DNA of 64,000 nucleotides from Iphione sp. A-MEVVRFRX5 (taxonomy: Eukaryota): assembly GCA_976226885.1 (NCBI GenBank), contig OZ320313.1:66154001-66218000 (forward strand), written 5' to 3'. The translations under genes were made by a program, and so were the position numbers. The notes beneath the pieces were generated by a model. That model was not told where the DNA came from. It did not search any database and saw nothing but the letters and a program-made list of their open reading frames with translations. Below are positions 62,414-64,000 of this stretch, in pieces (positions within the stretch are counted from its first letter, which is position 1; the number at the start of each line of letters is the position of its first letter).

Positions 62414-64000
62414 TAAAATTATTAGATTACATGAACTTACAAGTGAAATGTAGTCATGACTTTGTCCTAGGGTGTGGACACAGGTGTCTATCTGAGAAAA
62501 AGTACAGATGGTGCCACTGCAATGAGACCTGATACAACTTACTTTTGAACATCAGGAATCCTGCAATTGGATGTAAGAGAAACCTATGAGGATGAAGGAA
62601 AACTACATACCCTAAGGAAGAGAGAGGTGGCAGATAGATACTTGTGTCTATACCCTTGTACAAAATCATGACTAGATTTCACTGGTAAATTCATTTAATC
62701 TACTAATCTTAGTACCAGGGGTGGACACCAGATGCCTACCTAAGACTTCAAAGCCCGAAGCCTCATAGCTTGAGCGAACAGCCTTTTGATATCCATCAAC
62801 CTGAATATATCCTTCAAGTAGAAAAGCTTAAAAGTTTTCTCATGACTCCACATACTCTCTTCAAAATCTCTGAAAGTGGCATACCTGTCTTAGCCAGCTT
62901 AGATGAAGAGGCAGGCCTAGTGAAATGAGTGGAGAAAACCTGCGGGTCAATACCAGAAAACACCACATCCTCCTTTGTCCACCTAGCCAAGATGGAAGTT
63001 GAAACAGACTTATGACAGTCAGTAAAAGAGAGGAACAAAGAATTAGTCCCTGGATTGGCTCTGAAAGATAGCAATGTAATCCTTGAGACATCTGACAACA
63101 CAAACACTTGGTTGGGCTGCAAAAGGCAACAGCTTGAAGACACACCCACCCTTCTTATAGAGTACTTAAGGGTCTTGGTGAAGACAACCTTTCCCCAACC
63201 TCATGAATGTTGGACAATTGTATGTGGCAGATAATCTGCATTCTACTACCAGTAGCCAAAAGCAGAAGCATGTTACACTTGAGAGGAAGCTTCTCATGAG
63301 ACAAGTATAAAAAAGATTCCAAAAGCTTCAGAAAGTGGAGAACCTTGGACACATCCCGGGTATAGTCCACTGGAGCAATAGGAGGTGTAACATAAAAGAA
63401 GCCATTAAGTAGCCTGATTATGTCCAGATGCTTACCAAAAGCAAAAGCAAAACCTCCAAACAAAGGAAGGGCTGCTGACAAGGCTCTCTTTGGGATGTTT
63501 AAGGTACTATAGTTGATGCCTCTGTTGAACAAAATCATAAGATAATATACCTGTTTGAGATCCCAATCCTTCTCAAAACACAAGGTATTCCACCTCTTCA
63601 AGTACACGTCATAGACCAACCTGCTCATAGGCCTCCAACAGCACATCATAGCTCTTTCTAAAGCAGACAAGTCTTTCCTGTTAAGGACAGTATTTAACAA
63701 AGAAGGGCTACAATTTTTATAGCCACCAACTTTGACAGGTTTCCTAGATAATCTAGGGTGCTGAACTTGGACTTTCTGAACAATAGGGGAGGTTGCCAGG
63801 CAATTTAGAGCACCATGCTGTACCAGGCCCTGTGAGGTCAAGCAGGCACCAGAAACAGGGCTCACCATGGATAGTCCTGCACCAGCTTGGCAATGCACCT
63901 AGGGATCCAAAGAAAGGATGACAGAGGTAAGGCATATGAAAACTTGATCAATCCCATGAAAAAGCATTGATAAATGCAGCTCCTGGATCAGGGTGCCAAC
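62414..64000 (-). mobile_element. Second, older DIRS element (DIRS-B): right terminus, YR and end of MT; continues beyond the window
   Basis: YR fragments (ORFs 63155-63898 and 62814-63149) homologous to the DIRS-A YR; degenerate terminal IR 62414-62463 versus ~62661-62711 with the same architecture as DIRS-A. Confidence 0.88.

Larger units (their letters stand above)
57553..62421 (-). mobile_element. Full-length DIRS1-type tyrosine-recombinase retrotransposon (DIRS-A), defective
   Basis: gag, RT/RH/MT and YR ORFs in DIRS order. Left ITR 62343-62408 is inverted against right ITR 57614-57677. Internal complementary region ~57752-57870. TAATTTTA core at both ends. Confidence 0.93.

Overview
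Eukaryotic, intron-containing and TE-rich animal DNA. An invertebrate, possibly lophotrochozoan, origin is my inference from repeat types and gene content and cannot be proven from this window. Three host genes can be assembled by hand with consistent GT-AG splice phases: (1) a 168-aa secreted prepro-protein (+, 24728-27083) missed by the ORF track, with a TATA/Inr promoter, signal peptide, KR cleavage site and a 4-Cys beta-rich mature domain; (2) a 478-aa ankyrin-repeat/SOCS-box protein (-, 28398-32647); (3) a ~1347-aa AT-hook plus 16 zinc-finger protein (-, 14 coding exons, 45690-56688). The rest is mobile DNA: two decayed Ty3/Gypsy elements (1-3543 -, ~16050-20553 +), four solo LTRs with 4-bp TSDs, a 1.4-kb LTR-like promoter element, a decayed LINE, many MITEs, and two DIRS-type tyrosine-recombinase retrotransposons. 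The most striking structure is the DIRS pair: a full-length element (57553-62421) appears to have integrated exactly into the terminal 8-bp junction core (TAATTTTA) of an older DIRS, giving a head-to-tail tandem. No rRNA, tRNA or CRISPR features were found.
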